A stretch of DNA of 45,519 bases, from positions 1 to 45,519 of the forward strand of contig JAYWGH010000003.1 of the NCBI GenBank assembly GCA_043778375.1, given 5' to 3'. A model generated the notes under the pieces. That model saw only the letters and a program-made list of their open reading frames with translations, ran no database searches and was not told the origin of the DNA. Numbering within the stretch: the first letter of the stretch is position 1; each line of letters opens with the position of its first letter. The position numbers and the translations under genes are program-made. The DNA is from a bacterium. Its GTDB lineage: Bacteria > Patescibacteriota > Gracilibacteria > BD1-5 > UBA2023. Positions 10,269 to 20,263 of this stretch are shown one piece after another.

Positions 10269-11591
10269 CTAATAGAATTTCTTATAATCATAGCTCTTAA
10301 GCTCAGTATCTACCTTACGGATAAGCTCGAGAACTACTCCAACCGTAATGATGAGTCCCGCTCCAGAGATGAGAAAATCAATCTGTGATGTACCACTCAT
10401 ATCGATAAACCCAAATGTGTTGTTGAGCTTGGTCGCTACGTACGGGAACACTGCAATGATAGCAAGGAATGCACCACCCCACATATTGAGTCGATTGCTT
10501 GCTCCTGCGAGATACTCAGCCGTCTCCACTCCTGGGCGAACTCCTGGGATGTATCCTCCTCGCTTTTGGATGTTCTCTGCTATCTCCGTCGGATTGAATA
10601 CGATCGATACATAGAAGAACGCAAAACCAATGATGAGTGCAAAGTACACACCGATATAGAGCCATCCTGGGTTATTCATAGAGAAGTGCTCAACGAGGAA
10701 TTGTCCGATCGTGAGCATATTCCCTCCACTACGAGAGACGAGTACCTGCCCGATCAAACTTGGGAAAGTCACGATAGAGATCGCAAAGATGATAGGGATC
10801 ATACCTGCCTGATTGACGCGTATTGGGAAGTACGACTTCTCGTCTCGCCCCGTCTTTGTGTACACGAGTGGGATCTTACGATACCCCTCAGTAAACTTGA
10901 TGATGATCATGATCACCCCGAGCGTCATGAGGAGGAGAGCTCCAAGGAGCACATAGTTCTGCGCAGAAATATATCCTCCCACATGTCCTGGCACTGCTGC
11001 AAGTACACCCGCAAAGATGATGAGAGACGCTCCATTCCCGACTCCTGACTCGGTGATAAGATCTCCTATCCAGAGGAGGATCATCGTCCCTGCAGTAATA
11101 CAGAGCATCGCTGGGAATACCACTCCCCAAAATGAGGTGGTATTGATAAGCTGACCTCCTCCTGAACTCCCTACGAGTGTATTGATGAGGAGTATCATCC
11201 CGTAACTCTGCGCAAGTGCGAGAGGGAGAGTGAGATAACGAGTATAGTTGTTGAGTTTTTTCTGACCTTGTTCACCCTCTTTTTTGAGAGCCTCAAACTG
11301 AGGGATCACAACCCCGAGGAGCTGAATGATAATCACTGCATTGATATATGGCGCGAGTCCCATGAGTACGATCGAGAAGTTGGAAAGTCATCCACCGAGA
11401 AGCGATGAGAAGAACGCAAGCCCCTGGCTCTGTTTAAGAAAGTCTTGAAGTGCCGCGATACCAGTAATATTTACTCCTGGTACAGGGATAAGTGTGAGGA
11501 ACTTGTAGAGGATGACAAGTGCGATAGTAACGAGCACCTTGTTGCGAACTTCCTGGGAATCCCAGAGTCGAGAAAAGTTTTTGAGGATCAT
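10269..11591 (-). CDS. secY: Preprotein translocase subunit SecY
   Basis: Track pieces 10269-11363 and 11388-11627 are in one frame, joined by TGA. Sequence includes LIPVPGVN, GLAPYINA and multiple TM segments. ATG 11591 (MILKNFSRLWDSQEVRNK) is preferred over the upstream GTG at 11627. Confidence 0.92.
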
Positions 11592-11662
11592 AGTTGATAA
11601 GTTGATCGTAAGTATAGAGAGTTTCACAAAAAAACCAGCGGGATTACCGCCGGTCTTGCTCT

Positions 11663-12118
11663 TTAGATGAGCTCAATTTTTCCACCGGCTTTCTCGACTG
11701 CGGCGATCGCAGTAGCCGAAGCTTTATTGGCGGTAATAGTTACCTTTTGAGAGAGAGTTCCGTTCCCAAGAATCTTGAGAGGATTTCCATTACTTCGGAT
11801 GTATCCGAGGGACACAAGGAGGATAGAGTCAATCTTTGCGTTTCCCGCTGTTGCGAGCGCCTCGAGATCAGCGAGATTTACCACATTGAACTCTACTTGG
11901 TTCCACTTGGTGAATCCTCGTTTCTTTGGGAGTCTTCGGAAAAGAGGAGTCTGTCCTCCTTCAAACGCAGGATTAAATTTTCCCGTACCAGTACGAGAAC
12001 CTTGTCCCTTTACTCCTCGTCCTGAGTAAGTACCCTTTCCGGATCCATTTCCTCGTCCGACTCGTTTACGCCCTTTCGTTGATCCCTTAGATGGGGAGAG
12101 TGTAGTGTGTGATACCAT
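11663..12118 (-). CDS. rplO: 50S ribosomal protein L15
   Basis: RKRVGRGNGSGKGTYSGRGVKGQ, and its position between S5 and secY. Confidence 0.95.
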   Translation of the reverse strand: MVSHTTLSPSKGSTKGRKRVGRGNGSGKGTYSGRGVKGQGSRTGTGKFNPAFEGGQTPLFRRLPKKRGFTKWNQVEFNVVNLADLEALATAGNAKIDSILLVSLGYIRSNGNPLKILGNGTLSQKVTITANKASATAIAAVEKAGGKIELI

Positions 12119-12137
12119 GGTGATTATTTAAATGGTC

Positions 12138-12851
12138 TTATGCTGATACTTTCTTGGCAGCTGGCTTTTTTGCAGGAGCGACTACTGGAGCCTTAGCGGC
12201 AGGGACAGTTGTCTCAGCCGCGACCGTAGCTCCTGTTTGCTTTCGTCCCGCAAAACCTGCAGAACTTGGCTTGATAGACTGAAGTGCACGGCAGATAGCT
12301 CGGATATTCGTGAGAGGGTTTGTCCCTCCGTGTCGCTTAATGATAACATCCTTGAGTCCAGATACAAAGGCGAGTTTTCGGATCGCTCCTCCCGCAATGA
12401 TACCAGTTCCCTCTGATGCTGGGTGGATCATTACTGTTGTAGACTTAAAGTTTGCAGTTACTCCATGAGGGATCGTACCATTTTCAATAGGAAATGAGAG
12501 GAGATTTTTCTTAGCATCTCGCACAGCCTTCTCTACTGCGACTGATACTTCACCAGCTTTTCCAGTACCAAGCCCTACTGTTCCTTTACCGTTTCCGATA
12601 ACAACCGAGGCTCGAAATCTGAGTTGTCGTCCTCCCGCTGTTACACGAGTTACACGAGCGATCTCAAGCAGTTCTTCTTGGAACTCCTTTGGAGCATCCT
12701 TAAAGTTTCCGCGATCGCGTCCTCCGCGTCCTCCAGGACCACCAGGTCGACCATCTCGTCTTGGTGGACGATCCCCACGAGGAGCTTCAGTAGATACTAC
12801 TGATGACTCAGGAGTAGAGGAAGTCTCGGGTGTAAGTATTTCTTCGGTCAT
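12138..12851 (-). CDS. rpsE: 30S ribosomal protein S5 with N- and C-terminal low-complexity extensions
   Basis: Core sequence IARVTRVTAGGRQLRFRASVVIGNGKGTVGLGTGKA. ATG 12851 follows the L18 stop. The N-terminus has an RGG/PGG-rich tract and the C-terminus an Ala/Lys/Pro-rich tail. Confidence 0.93.
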   Translation of the reverse strand: MTEEILTPETSSTPESSVVSTEAPRGDRPPRRDGRPGGPGGRGGRDRGNFKDAPKEFQEELLEIARVTRVTAGGRQLRFRASVVIGNGKGTVGLGTGKAGEVSVAVEKAVRDAKKNLLSFPIENGTIPHGVTANFKSTTVMIHPASEGTGIIAGGAIRKLAFVSGLKDVIIKRHGGTNPLTNIRAICRALQSIKPSSAGFAGRKQTGATVAAETTVPAAKAPVVAPAKKPAAKKVSA

Positions 12852-12861
12852 GTGTGAAAAA

Positions 12862-13203
12862 TTAGAATACGAGTCCAGCAGTTCGAGCGGCATCTGCAAG
12901 AGCCTTTACGCGACCTGCATAGAGGAATCCTCCGCGGTCAAATACGACAGTCGAGATAGATACCTTGAGAGCAAGCTCAGCAAGAGTCTTGCCAACGATG
13001 GCCGCTTTCTCAGACTTTGTTCCAGACTTGATCGCAAGATCAGAGCTAGCAGCAAGAGTCTTCCCAGCTACGTCATCGATAAGCTGTGCGTAGATAGAGG
13101 TGTTTGAACGAAACACAGCGAGTCGTGGACGCTCTGCTGTACCACTGATAGTAGAACGAATGCGAGTGTGTCGCCGTGTGCGATTTTGAAGTTTTTTGGA
13201 CAT
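12862..13203 (-). CDS. rplR: 50S ribosomal protein L18
   Basis: [20 protein letters not shown] and [22 protein letters not shown]. Confidence 0.95.
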   Translation of the reverse strand: MSKKLQNRTRRHTRIRSTISGTAERPRLAVFRSNTSIYAQLIDDVAGKTLAASSDLAIKSGTKSEKAAIVGKTLAELALKVSISTVVFDRGGFLYAGRVKALADAARTAGLVF

Positions 13204-13214
13204 ATTTCGAATAA

Positions 13215-13775
13215 TTATTTAGACCCCTTAGCAGCAGTCTTCCCGGCTTTTCGTCGTACGTATTCACCAACGTATCGGATACCTTTCCCCTTGTATGGCT
13301 CAGGTGGCTTGATCTCACGAACAAGTGCCGCAAAGTATCCAAGAAGCTGTTTATCGATACACTCAATATGGATGAGATTCTTTTCTTTTGCGTCAGCAGT
13401 AACGGTGACTCCCGCTGGTATGTCGAGAATTACTTTATGGGAGAATCCTACAGCAAGAGTGAGCTTTGTAGGGCTTGTGATCTCAAACTTGTACCCTACT
13501 CCGATGATTTCAAGAGACTTTTTATATCCATCAGCTACTCCAACAATCATATTTGCAACGAGTGCTCGTGAGAGACCCCAAAATGCTCGAGACTGAGAAT
13601 CCTCAATGTTCTTGATGGCAAAAGTAACTTGATTTGCGTCGAGAGTTACGTCGACTGCGTCTTGAAGAGTCAGAGAGAGTTCTCCCTTTGGACCCTTAAC
13701 TGTGATCTTCTTCCCATTGATGGTCATAGCCACTCCACTTGGGAGAGTAATAGGAAGCTTTCAGATTCGAGACAT
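13215..13775 (-). CDS. rplF: 50S ribosomal protein L6
   Basis: The true N-terminus MSRI(G)[10 protein letters not shown] lies upstream of the track ORF. TGA 13761-13763 falls on the Gly of the conserved SRIGK. TAA stop at 13215. Confidence 0.95.
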
Positions 13776-13792
13776 AGTAGTAAATTAAAGTT

Positions 13793-14179
13793 TTAGTAGA
13801 TTTCGCAAAGGAGCTCTCCACCAACACCGAGTGTGTAGGCTTCGTATCCTGTTACTATTCCCTTTGGAGTTGAGAGGACAAATATTCCAAGACCATTGCG
13901 AGATCGCTTGATATCAGCATTCTTGATGTAGATGCGCTGACCTGGACGACTTACCCGGCGAAAACTTGGGATATATTTTGTCTCTCGTACATCGTTAAGC
14001 TCTATAGTCATAACGCGCTTTGCGTCATCAACAGTGTAACCAGCTATGTAATTATTTTTCTTGAGTACTCGAAGGAGCTCAGACTTGAGAACTGAGTATG
14101 GGGCATCTACCTTGGCGAGCCTTGAAAGGTATCCATTGCGGACGCGAGTGAGGAGATCTGATATTGGATCGTTGAACAT
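13793..14179 (-). CDS. rpsH: 30S ribosomal protein S8
   Basis: DPISDLLTRVRNG and GIFVLSTPKGIVTGYEA. Confidence 0.95.
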   Translation of the reverse strand: MFNDPISDLLTRVRNGYLSRLAKVDAPYSVLKSELLRVLKKNNYIAGYTVDDAKRVMTIELNDVRETKYIPSFRRVSRPGQRIYIKNADIKRSRNGLGIFVLSTPKGIVTGYEAYTLGVGGELLCEIY

Positions 14180-14202
14180 AATATTGAAACTTATTAAAAC
14201 TC

Positions 14203-14427
14203 TTACCAGCTAGACTTCCGTACTCCCATGAGCTCTCCAGCATTTGCTCTTTCTCGGATACAGATACGACACATATCGAACTTACCGATATATCCATGGG
14301 CACGACCACAAACACTACATCGGTGGTAGAGACGAGTTGGGAATTGTACCTTTTTTCCCTCTGCGCGGGATTTTGCTGCTGCGGACTGTGCGTCGCGAGA
14401 CTTGTTTACGAGTGCTTTTCGTGCCAT
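14203..14427 (-). CDS. rpsN: 30S ribosomal protein S14 (zinc-binding type)
   Basis: [26 protein letters not shown] (CxxC..CxxC) and C-terminal SSW. ATG 14427 lies just after the L5 stop. Confidence 0.92.
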   Translation of the reverse strand: MARKALVNKSRDAQSAAAKSRAEGKKVQFPTRLYHRCSVCGRAHGYIGKFDMCRICIRERANAGELMGVRKSSW

Positions 14428-14428
14428 A

Positions 14429-14968
14429 TTATTTCGTGAAAGGAAAATGAAGTGCATCAAGAAGGGCTTTTGAGTGCTCTTTTGACTGAGATGAAAACTT
14501 AAATGTTACCTGAAGTCCGTGAACCTTTACCACATCGAGCTGTGGAACCTCTGGGAAGATTGTGTGCTCTTTGAGACCAAAGTTGAAGTTCCCTTGCTCA
14601 TCAAATCCTCGTCCAGAGATACCGCGGAAGTCACGAACTCGAGGAAGGATAATAGCAATGAGCTTTTCAAGGAAGGCGTACATTTTTTCGCCTCGAAGAG
14701 TGACTGTCATTCCAACTGGCATTCCTTCTCGAAGCTTAAAGTTAGAGATAGACTTGCGAGAATTGTTTACCTTTGGAGCTTGACCTGCAATGAGAGCAAG
14801 ATCATTCTTGAGAGATGAGAAATCTTTATTTCCACTCGCAACGTAGGTTCCGATTCCCATGTTGAGTACAACTTTCTCAAAACGAGGGAGTTGCATAACA
14901 TTCTTAATACCGAGAGCCTTTTGGAGCCCTGGAAGAACTTGAGTATTAATGTGTGCTTGGTATGACAT
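14429..14968 (-). CDS. rplE: 50S ribosomal protein L5
   Basis: 179 aa with [18 protein letters not shown] and [28 protein letters not shown]. Confidence 0.95.
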   Translation of the reverse strand: MSYQAHINTQVLPGLQKALGIKNVMQLPRFEKVVLNMGIGTYVASGNKDFSSLKNDLALIAGQAPKVNNSRKSISNFKLREGMPVGMTVTLRGEKMYAFLEKLIAIILPRVRDFRGISGRGFDEQGNFNFGLKEHTIFPEVPQLDVVKVHGLQVTFKFSSQSKEHSKALLDALHFPFTK

Positions 14969-14976
14969 GAGAAATA

Positions 14977-15285
14977 TTACTTAGCGAGTGACTTACCTGA
15001 CTTCTTGGAGATTCGAAGCTTTTTTGATCCTTCGATACTGTACCCAATGCGACTTGGCATCTTTGTAGCAGGATCGATGATCGCAACATTTGAGATGTGA
15101 ATAGATTTTTCGATTTCTACAAAATGACCAGGCGTAGCTCCTTGTTTTTTGATAGCTTTCTTTACCTTATTGATACCCTCTACAAGTACACGCTCTTCTT
15201 TAGCGTAAACAGAAATTACTTTTCAATCTTTGTTCTTGTCTTTTCCTGCGATGATTCGCACGAGATCTCAGCTGTGAATTTTCAT
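14977..15285 (-). CDS. rplX: 50S ribosomal protein L24
   Basis: Missing from the ORF track because of two in-frame TGA codons (15268-15270 and 15223-15225). Translation: MKIHS(G)DLVRIIAGKDKNKD(G)KVISV...VEGINKVKK..IHISNV. Both TGA codons fall on conserved Gly (KKGD and GK). TAA stop at 14977. Confidence 0.92.
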
Positions 15286-15296
15286 AATTGGCTATT

Positions 15297-15665
15297 TTAG
15301 AGTACCTCTGCGGCAAGTGAAATAATTTTTTGGAATCCCTTGGCTTTGAGCTCTCGGAATACTGGACCAAAGACACGAGTTCCTTTTGGTTCTCCGTCTT
15401 CATTGATGATCACGCATGCGTTATCATCAGAGTAAACGTATGTTCCATCTGGTCGTCCTACCTTAAATGACACTCGTACCACTACTGCCTTTTGGACAGA
15501 TTTCTTTTTGATCGTACCATTTGGAAGAGCCTCTTTGATAGAGACAACTATAATATCACCTACCGACGCATATCGTCGCTTAGATCCACCAAGAACCTTG
15601 ATGCAGAGAGCTTCTTTTGCTCCGGTATTATCGACGACTGCGAGTCGTGATTCAGCTTGTATCAT
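15297..15665 (-). CDS. rplN: 50S ribosomal protein L14
   Basis: [18 protein letters not shown]; 122 aa. Confidence 0.96.
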   Translation of the reverse strand: MIQAESRLAVVDNTGAKEALCIKVLGGSKRRYASVGDIIVVSIKEALPNGTIKKKSVQKAVVVRVSFKVGRPDGTYVYSDDNACVIINEDGEPKGTRVFGPVFRELKAKGFQKIISLAAEVL

Positions 15666-15677
15666 ATTTCTAAAAAA

Positions 15678-15896
15678 TTAAGCGAGAGTCCAGCGTTTCA
15701 TGCGAGAGAGTGGTCGGCATTCAGAGATTGTAACCTTATCTCCAAGAAGTGACACATTATTCTCATCGTGTGCGTAAAACTTTGAGGATACTTTGTAACG
15801 CTTCTTATACTTTGGGTGAGTTTTGTAGGTATCAACCGTCACTACAATGGTTTTATCCATTTTAATGCTTGTTACCGTACCAGTTTTTGTTCTCAT
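15678..15896 (-). CDS. rpsQ: 30S ribosomal protein S17
   Basis: [35 protein letters not shown] 15896 lies directly after the L29 stop. Confidence 0.93.
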   Translation of the reverse strand: MRTKTGTVTSIKMDKTIVVTVDTYKTHPKYKKRYKVSSKFYAHDENNVSLLGDKVTISECRPLSRMKRWTLA

Positions 15897-15897
15897 A

Positions 15898-16071
15898 TTA
15901 GAGGGAAATATTTTTGAAAGTAAGTCCACGAGCGATCTCTTTACGAAGAGACTTGATCGTGTGAGTCTCCTTGAGTTCTCCAGCATTTTTCTTCATGCGG
16001 AGGAGATAGAGTTCTTGTGCCTTGATAGTGAGATCAGAAGCGGCAGGTGTTGCCTTTTTAGTTGATGCCAT
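15898..16071 (-). CDS. rpmC: 50S ribosomal protein L29
   Basis: 57-aa [55 protein letters not shown], located between L16 and S17. It is too short for the track. Confidence 0.85.
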   Translation of the reverse strand: MASTKKATPAASDLTIKAQELYLLRMKKNAGELKETHTIKSLRKEIARGLTFKNISL

Positions 16072-16073
16072 GA

Positions 16074-16484
16074 TTACGATTCGTGGGTGATGTATTTAGT
16101 TGAGAGTCCAAACTTGTATGAAGCGAGCTTGAGAGCTTCTTCTGCCATTTCTGGAGCAATACCACTGATCTCAAATATAATGCGTCCTGGTCGAACAGGG
16201 GCAAGGTACATTTCGAGACCTCCCTTTCCTCCTCCCATAGGTACCTCAAGAGGCTTTTTGGTAAAGGCTTTGTCCGGGAATACTCGGATCCATACTCGAC
16301 CTCCTTTTTTGAGGTATCGAACGATGGTTCGTCGTGCGGCTTCTAATTGGCGTGAGGTAATGTAACCAGACTCGGTGACTTTGAGTGCAAAATCCCCGAA
16401 AGCGATATTCGATCCACGAACAGCAAGTCCTCTAATGACTCCTCGCTGGGTTTTTCGGTATTTCGTTTTCTTCGGCTGAAGCAT
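16074..16484 (-). CDS. rplP: 50S ribosomal protein L16
   Basis: MLQPKKTKYRKTQRG and GRVWIRVFPDKAFTKKPLEVPMGGGKG. Confidence 0.96.
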   Translation of the reverse strand: MLQPKKTKYRKTQRGVIRGLAVRGSNIAFGDFALKVTESGYITSRQLEAARRTIVRYLKKGGRVWIRVFPDKAFTKKPLEVPMGGGKGGLEMYLAPVRPGRIIFEISGIAPEMAEEALKLASYKFGLSTKYITHES

Positions 16485-16530
16485 GGTGTGGCAAAATTAT
16501 AAGTATTGTTGGGTAGAGTCAATTCGGATT

Positions 16531-17163
16531 TTACTTCTTGTATACGTCCCCCTTGTAAATCCATACCTTGAGACCGATTGTACCGGCGAGAGTTTGGGCT
16601 CTCTCAGTAGCGTAATCGATATCAGCTCGGATGGTCAAGGAAGGAATAGACCCTTCTTTGTATGTTTCAACTCGAGCGATCTCAGCGCCGTTTACACGAC
16701 CAGAGATGAGTACCTTGATACCAAGTCCCCCCTTCTCCATTGTTCGAGCAATCGCATTCTTGATAACTCGTCGGTAAGGCATCTTCTTTTCGATCTGGCG
16801 AGCAATAGACTCAGCTACAAGTGCAGCAGAGAGCTCAGGCTTTTTGACTTCCTTTACCTCGATCTGGAATACTCGACCGAATGCGGCGGTAAGCTCATTA
16901 CGGAGTTTTGTAACATTCTCATCATCTTTTCCGAGAACTATAGCGATGCGAGCAGTGTAGATAGTTACCGTGATGACATCTCCCGCATGAGCGAGAAATA
17001 TACTCGCAACAGGAATTCCCTTGAGAGCTTTTTGTACATGGAGGCGCACCTGCATATCAGCAGATACATTAGCAGCGTAGTCTTTACGACTATAAAAACC
17101 AGTTGATCTCCAAGACTTTATATAGCCGAGACGGAAGGCGAGTGGACTAACTTTGTGACCCAT
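16531..17163 (-). CDS. rpsC: 30S ribosomal protein S3
   Basis: MGHKVSPLAFRLGYIKSW plus a KH-like central region; 210 aa. Confidence 0.95.
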   Translation of the reverse strand: MGHKVSPLAFRLGYIKSWRSTGFYSRKDYAANVSADMQVRLHVQKALKGIPVASIFLAHAGDVITVTIYTARIAIVLGKDDENVTKLRNELTAAFGRVFQIEVKEVKKPELSAALVAESIARQIEKKMPYRRVIKNAIARTMEKGGLGIKVLISGRVNGAEIARVETYKEGSIPSLTIRADIDYATERAQTLAGTIGLKVWIYKGDVYKK

Positions 17164-17172
17164 AAGAAGATA

Positions 17173-17499
17173 TTAACGAGCAGAGAGCTCAATAGAAATA
17201 TTAGTAGTGCGCTTGAGAATAGGATGTGACCGACCTCGAGAGATTGGATTTCCTCGCTTGTACACGATACCCTTATTTGTCGTTATAGTAGAAATAAAGA
17301 GGGTTTCAAGTGCCTGTCCATCATTGTGAGTTGCGTTTGCAACAGCACTCCCAAGTGACTTAAAAAGAAGTTTTGCCGACTTATTTGGCATAAACTGAAG
17401 CATATCGAGCGCTTTTTTTGCGCCCATACCTCGGATGATCTCAGCAACCACCTGAGCTTTCTTAGGTGAGATGCGTGCGTTTGTAGTAAGTGATTTCAT
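17173..17499 (-). CDS. rplV: 50S ribosomal protein L22
   Basis: ARISPKKAQVVAEIIRGM and KRGNPISRGRSHPILKRTTNI. Confidence 0.95.
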   Translation of the reverse strand: MKSLTTNARISPKKAQVVAEIIRGMGAKKALDMLQFMPNKSAKLLFKSLGSAVANATHNDGQALETLFISTITTNKGIVYKRGNPISRGRSHPILKRTTNISIELSAR

Positions 17500-17502
17500 G
17501 GA

Positions 17503-17766
17503 CTATTTATTACCAGAGTGAGCGATGAATCTTCGAGTAAATGAGAATTCGCCGAGCTTATGACCAACCATATCTTCTGTAACGAAAACAGGATGATGAT
17601 CTTTCCCGTTGTGAACTCCGAAGGTGTGACCTACGAACTCAGGAGTGATCGTTGAGCGGCGAGCCCAAGTCTTGATGATAGTTTTTTTACCAGAAGCGAT
17701 GAGAGCTGAAACTTTTTTTACGAGTTTCTCATCGACGAATGGACCTTTTTTGAGACTGCGTGTCAT
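17503..17766 (-). CDS. rpsS: 30S ribosomal protein S19
   Basis: [15 protein letters not shown] and [29 protein letters not shown]. The internal ATG at 17766 is used as the start. Confidence 0.95.
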   Translation of the reverse strand: MTRSLKKGPFVDEKLVKKVSALIASGKKTIIKTWARRSTITPEFVGHTFGVHNGKDHHPVFVTEDMVGHKLGEFSFTRRFIAHSGNK

Positions 17767-17783
17767 AGTTGAGAAATATAGTA

Positions 17784-18632
17784 TTAAACAGACTGTAGAA
17801 GTTTTCCGCGTCGTGTCCGTATCACCCACTTGTCAGTATCTTTGTGGTTTCGAGTGATAACTCCTCGAGTGATTTTTCCCCAAGGGGTTTTTGGACCCTT
17901 TCGTTGTCCGAGTGACTGATGTCCTTCTCCTCCTCCGTGTGGGTGATCAACCGTATTCATCGATGATCCAAGTACGGTAGGTCTGATACCCATCCATCGT
18001 TTTCGACCCGCCTTACCAATAACAATGAGTGAGTGATCAACATTGGATACTGTACCGACCGTTGCGTAACACTCCTTGTGCACCTTACGGATTTCTCCAC
18101 TTGGCATCTTGAGTTGTGTGTACTCACCCTCCTGAGAGAGGATAGACGCTGATGATCCGGCAGCTCGTACAGAGATTGCTCCCTGTCCGACGATGAGCTC
18201 TACATTATAAACATCAATACCAGTAGGAATATTTCCAATCTTCATGCGGTTTCCTGGAGTTGACTTGAGACTATCAGATGTAGTGACAATATCACCTACC
18301 TTCATGTCCTTGTGAGCAAGGATATATCTTCGCTCTCCATCTCGGTAACATATGAGTGCAATGTACCCTGTACGGAATGGATCGTACTCTATTGTCTCAA
18401 CCTTTGCAGGTACATCATACTTATCAAACTTGAAGTCAAGGTAACGGTAGAGCTTCTTGTGACCTCCTCCCTGATGTCGTACAGTAATAGTACCAGAGTA
18501 ATTACGACCTGCCGCCTTAAGTTTAAATCCAGTGAGTGCCTTGTGTGGCTCAGAAGCGGTGAGCTGATCAAAAGAATATCCCGTCATCTGACGGCGACCT
18601 GGAGTGGTAGGATTATATTTTTTTACTGCCAT
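17784..18632 (-). CDS. rplB: 50S ribosomal protein L2
   Basis: [14 protein letters not shown] and [13 protein letters not shown]; 282 aa. Confidence 0.97.
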   Translation of the reverse strand: MAVKKYNPTTPGRRQMTGYSFDQLTASEPHKALTGFKLKAAGRNYSGTITVRHQGGGHKKLYRYLDFKFDKYDVPAKVETIEYDPFRTGYIALICYRDGERRYILAHKDMKVGDIVTTSDSLKSTPGNRMKIGNIPTGIDVYNVELIVGQGAISVRAAGSSASILSQEGEYTQLKMPSGEIRKVHKECYATVGTVSNVDHSLIVIGKAGRKRWMGIRPTVLGSSMNTVDHPHGGGEGHQSLGQRKGPKTPWGKITRGVITRNHKDTDKWVIRTRRGKLLQSV

Positions 18633-18638
18633 ATAGGA

Positions 18639-18938
18639 CTACTTAGTAATGATTTTCTGAAAGTCTGCGATACGCGCTCCATCTTTGAGGGTAACGAGCA
18701 TTTTTGTTGTCTCTTTTCTCTTTACTTGAGCTCCACGCTTTCCATTTACTCGGACTTTTGTACGAGTATTGATGACATTTACCTTTGCAACTTTCACTCC
18801 ATAAAGACGCTCCACTGCAGTCCGCACATCGATCTTTGTAGCTCGATCACTCACAATGAGTGTATAGACTCCTTTTGTCTCGAGCATCTGAGTCTTCTCA
18901 GTGACGAGGGGTTTTTTAATAACACTATATATAGACAT
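18639..18938 (-). CDS. rplW: 50S ribosomal protein L23
   Basis: VIKKPLVTEKT and its position between L4 and L2. Confidence 0.93.
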   Translation of the reverse strand: MSIYSVIKKPLVTEKTQMLETKGVYTLIVSDRATKIDVRTAVERLYGVKVAKVNVINTRTKVRVNGKRGAQVKRKETTKMLVTLKDGARIADFQKIITK

Positions 18939-18943
18939 ATAAA

Positions 18944-19567
18944 CTAATTAGCAAAGTGAGAAGAAACAAATGCAAGTGAGTCTTTTGTGAAGACGAGATC
19001 CTTAAACTTGAGAAGATCGTGTGGATTGAGGTAGTTTGCACCAATCACTTTCACATGAGGGATGTTGCGACCTGCCTGAAACGCTGCTGTATCTGTTGGG
19101 AGTACTGCAAGTACTGCTGAAGTAAGTCCCATCTTTGTCGTAAGAGCGAGCATATCCTTAGTCTTAAGAGTCTTGTCAGAGAGATTTTCGATCACTTTTA
19201 CCTGACTGTCTACCGCCTTTGAAGAAAGGATAGAGAAGAGTGCAATTCGGCGCTCTTTTTTGTTCATTCGGAGCTCAAAATTACGATTGTTGAGTGGACC
19301 AAATGCAACTCCTCCTCCTCGTCGTGTTGGGGATCTACTGTCACCTGCTCGAGCCTGACCTGTTCCCTTCTGCTTATAAAGCTTTCGGGTTGATCCATTT
19401 CGCTCACTTCGAGTGAGAGTGTGTGCGATCGCATTTCGAGCATTTGCATGCTGAAGGAGAAGAAGTCGGTGGATGAGTCCTGAGTTGATCGTTCGACCAA
19501 AAATAGCTCCATCAAGATCAATTTTTCCTGATTCGGCTCCGATTTTGCTATAAAGTACTGCTTGCAT
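18944..19567 (-). CDS. rplD: 50S ribosomal protein L4
   Basis: KQKGTGQARAGDSRSPTRRGGGVAFGP. Confidence 0.95.
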   Translation of the reverse strand: MQAVLYSKIGAESGKIDLDGAIFGRTINSGLIHRLLLLQHANARNAIAHTLTRSERNGSTRKLYKQKGTGQARAGDSRSPTRRGGGVAFGPLNNRNFELRMNKKERRIALFSILSSKAVDSQVKVIENLSDKTLKTKDMLALTTKMGLTSAVLAVLPTDTAAFQAGRNIPHVKVIGANYLNPHDLLKFKDLVFTKDSLAFVSSHFAN

Positions 19568-19570
19568 GAT

Positions 19571-20125
19571 CTAAAAGTTGAATACTACGAGAGAATTTCG
19601 GGCTCCTGGAACTGGTCCTCGTACTGCTACGATGCCAAGCTCTTTGTTTATGAGCTCTACTGGAACATCCTTGAGGGTGATGGTGTCTGTACCCATGTGA
19701 CCGTGCATTCGTCGTCCTGGCTTTGTACGGCGAGGCTTACGAGTACCGATCGATCCGAGTGCGCGGTGAAACTTTGAACCGTGACCTCCAGGACCTCCTG
19801 AGAAGTTGTGGCGTTTCATAGCTCCCGCAAAACCCTTACCCTTGGAAATACCAACGAGGCTAACAGTAACGACACCATCGAGCATATCGAGTGTGACTAC
19901 GGTACCAACAGCAATGCTTGCCATGACGCCAGTCGCAGGGACTTCTCGGATGAACTCTTGCTTTCCAAAAGTAGACTTGAGTACAACTGACTCATATCCA
20001 TCTTTTTGGAGTGTCTTTACCTGTATAACTATGGTCTGCGGGAACTTACAGAGTGTGACAGGCACAAACGCATCGTTCTTGAGGAGTCGAGTCATTTCGA
20101 CTTTTTTGGTGATGATACCAGCCAT
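19571..20125 (-). CDS. rplC: 50S ribosomal protein L3
   Basis: GISKGKGFAGAMKRHNFSGGPGGHGS and VRGPVPGARNSLV; 184 aa. Confidence 0.93.
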   Translation of the reverse strand: MAGIITKKVEMTRLLKNDAFVPVTLCKFPQTIVIQVKTLQKDGYESVVLKSTFGKQEFIREVPATGVMASIAVGTVVTLDMLDGVVTVSLVGISKGKGFAGAMKRHNFSGGPGGHGSKFHRALGSIGTRKPRRTKPGRRMHGHMGTDTITLKDVPVELINKELGIVAVRGPVPGARNSLVVFNF

Positions 20126-20140
20126 GTGAGAGAAAAATGA

Positions 20141-20251
20141 ATTAGAGGTTGCATAGCATCACTCTGCAAGGATTGCATTGGGATCTGCTATTCAACGTAA
20201 CGCTTCTATATTGAAGTGGCAATATGGTATGGAAAGATGTGTGGGTGTCAA
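20141..20251 (-). promoter_or_regulatory. Candidate sigma-70-type promoters upstream of rplC
   Basis: On the minus strand there are two candidates. One is TTGACA (20251-20246), 16 nt, TACCAT (20229-20224). The other is TTGCAG (20169-20164), 17 nt, TCTAAT (20146-20141), which lies 15 nt before the rplC ATG. Confidence 0.3.
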
Positions 20252-20263
20252 AAGAAAATTGAG

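Noticed and set aside
16483-17106. Long plus-strand ORFs antisense to real genes (16483-17106, 18312-18947, 36434-37246, 31319-31864, 21524-21994, 34132-34680, and the minus-strand ORF 42761-43375).
   Set aside because: Each lies entirely opposite a confidently identified gene (rpsC, rplB/rplW, rpsK/rpsM, ftsX, the kinase, rplM/rplQ, mnmA). Their translations are low-complexity or Ser/Cys/Leu-rich with no recognisable motifs. They are shadow ORFs.
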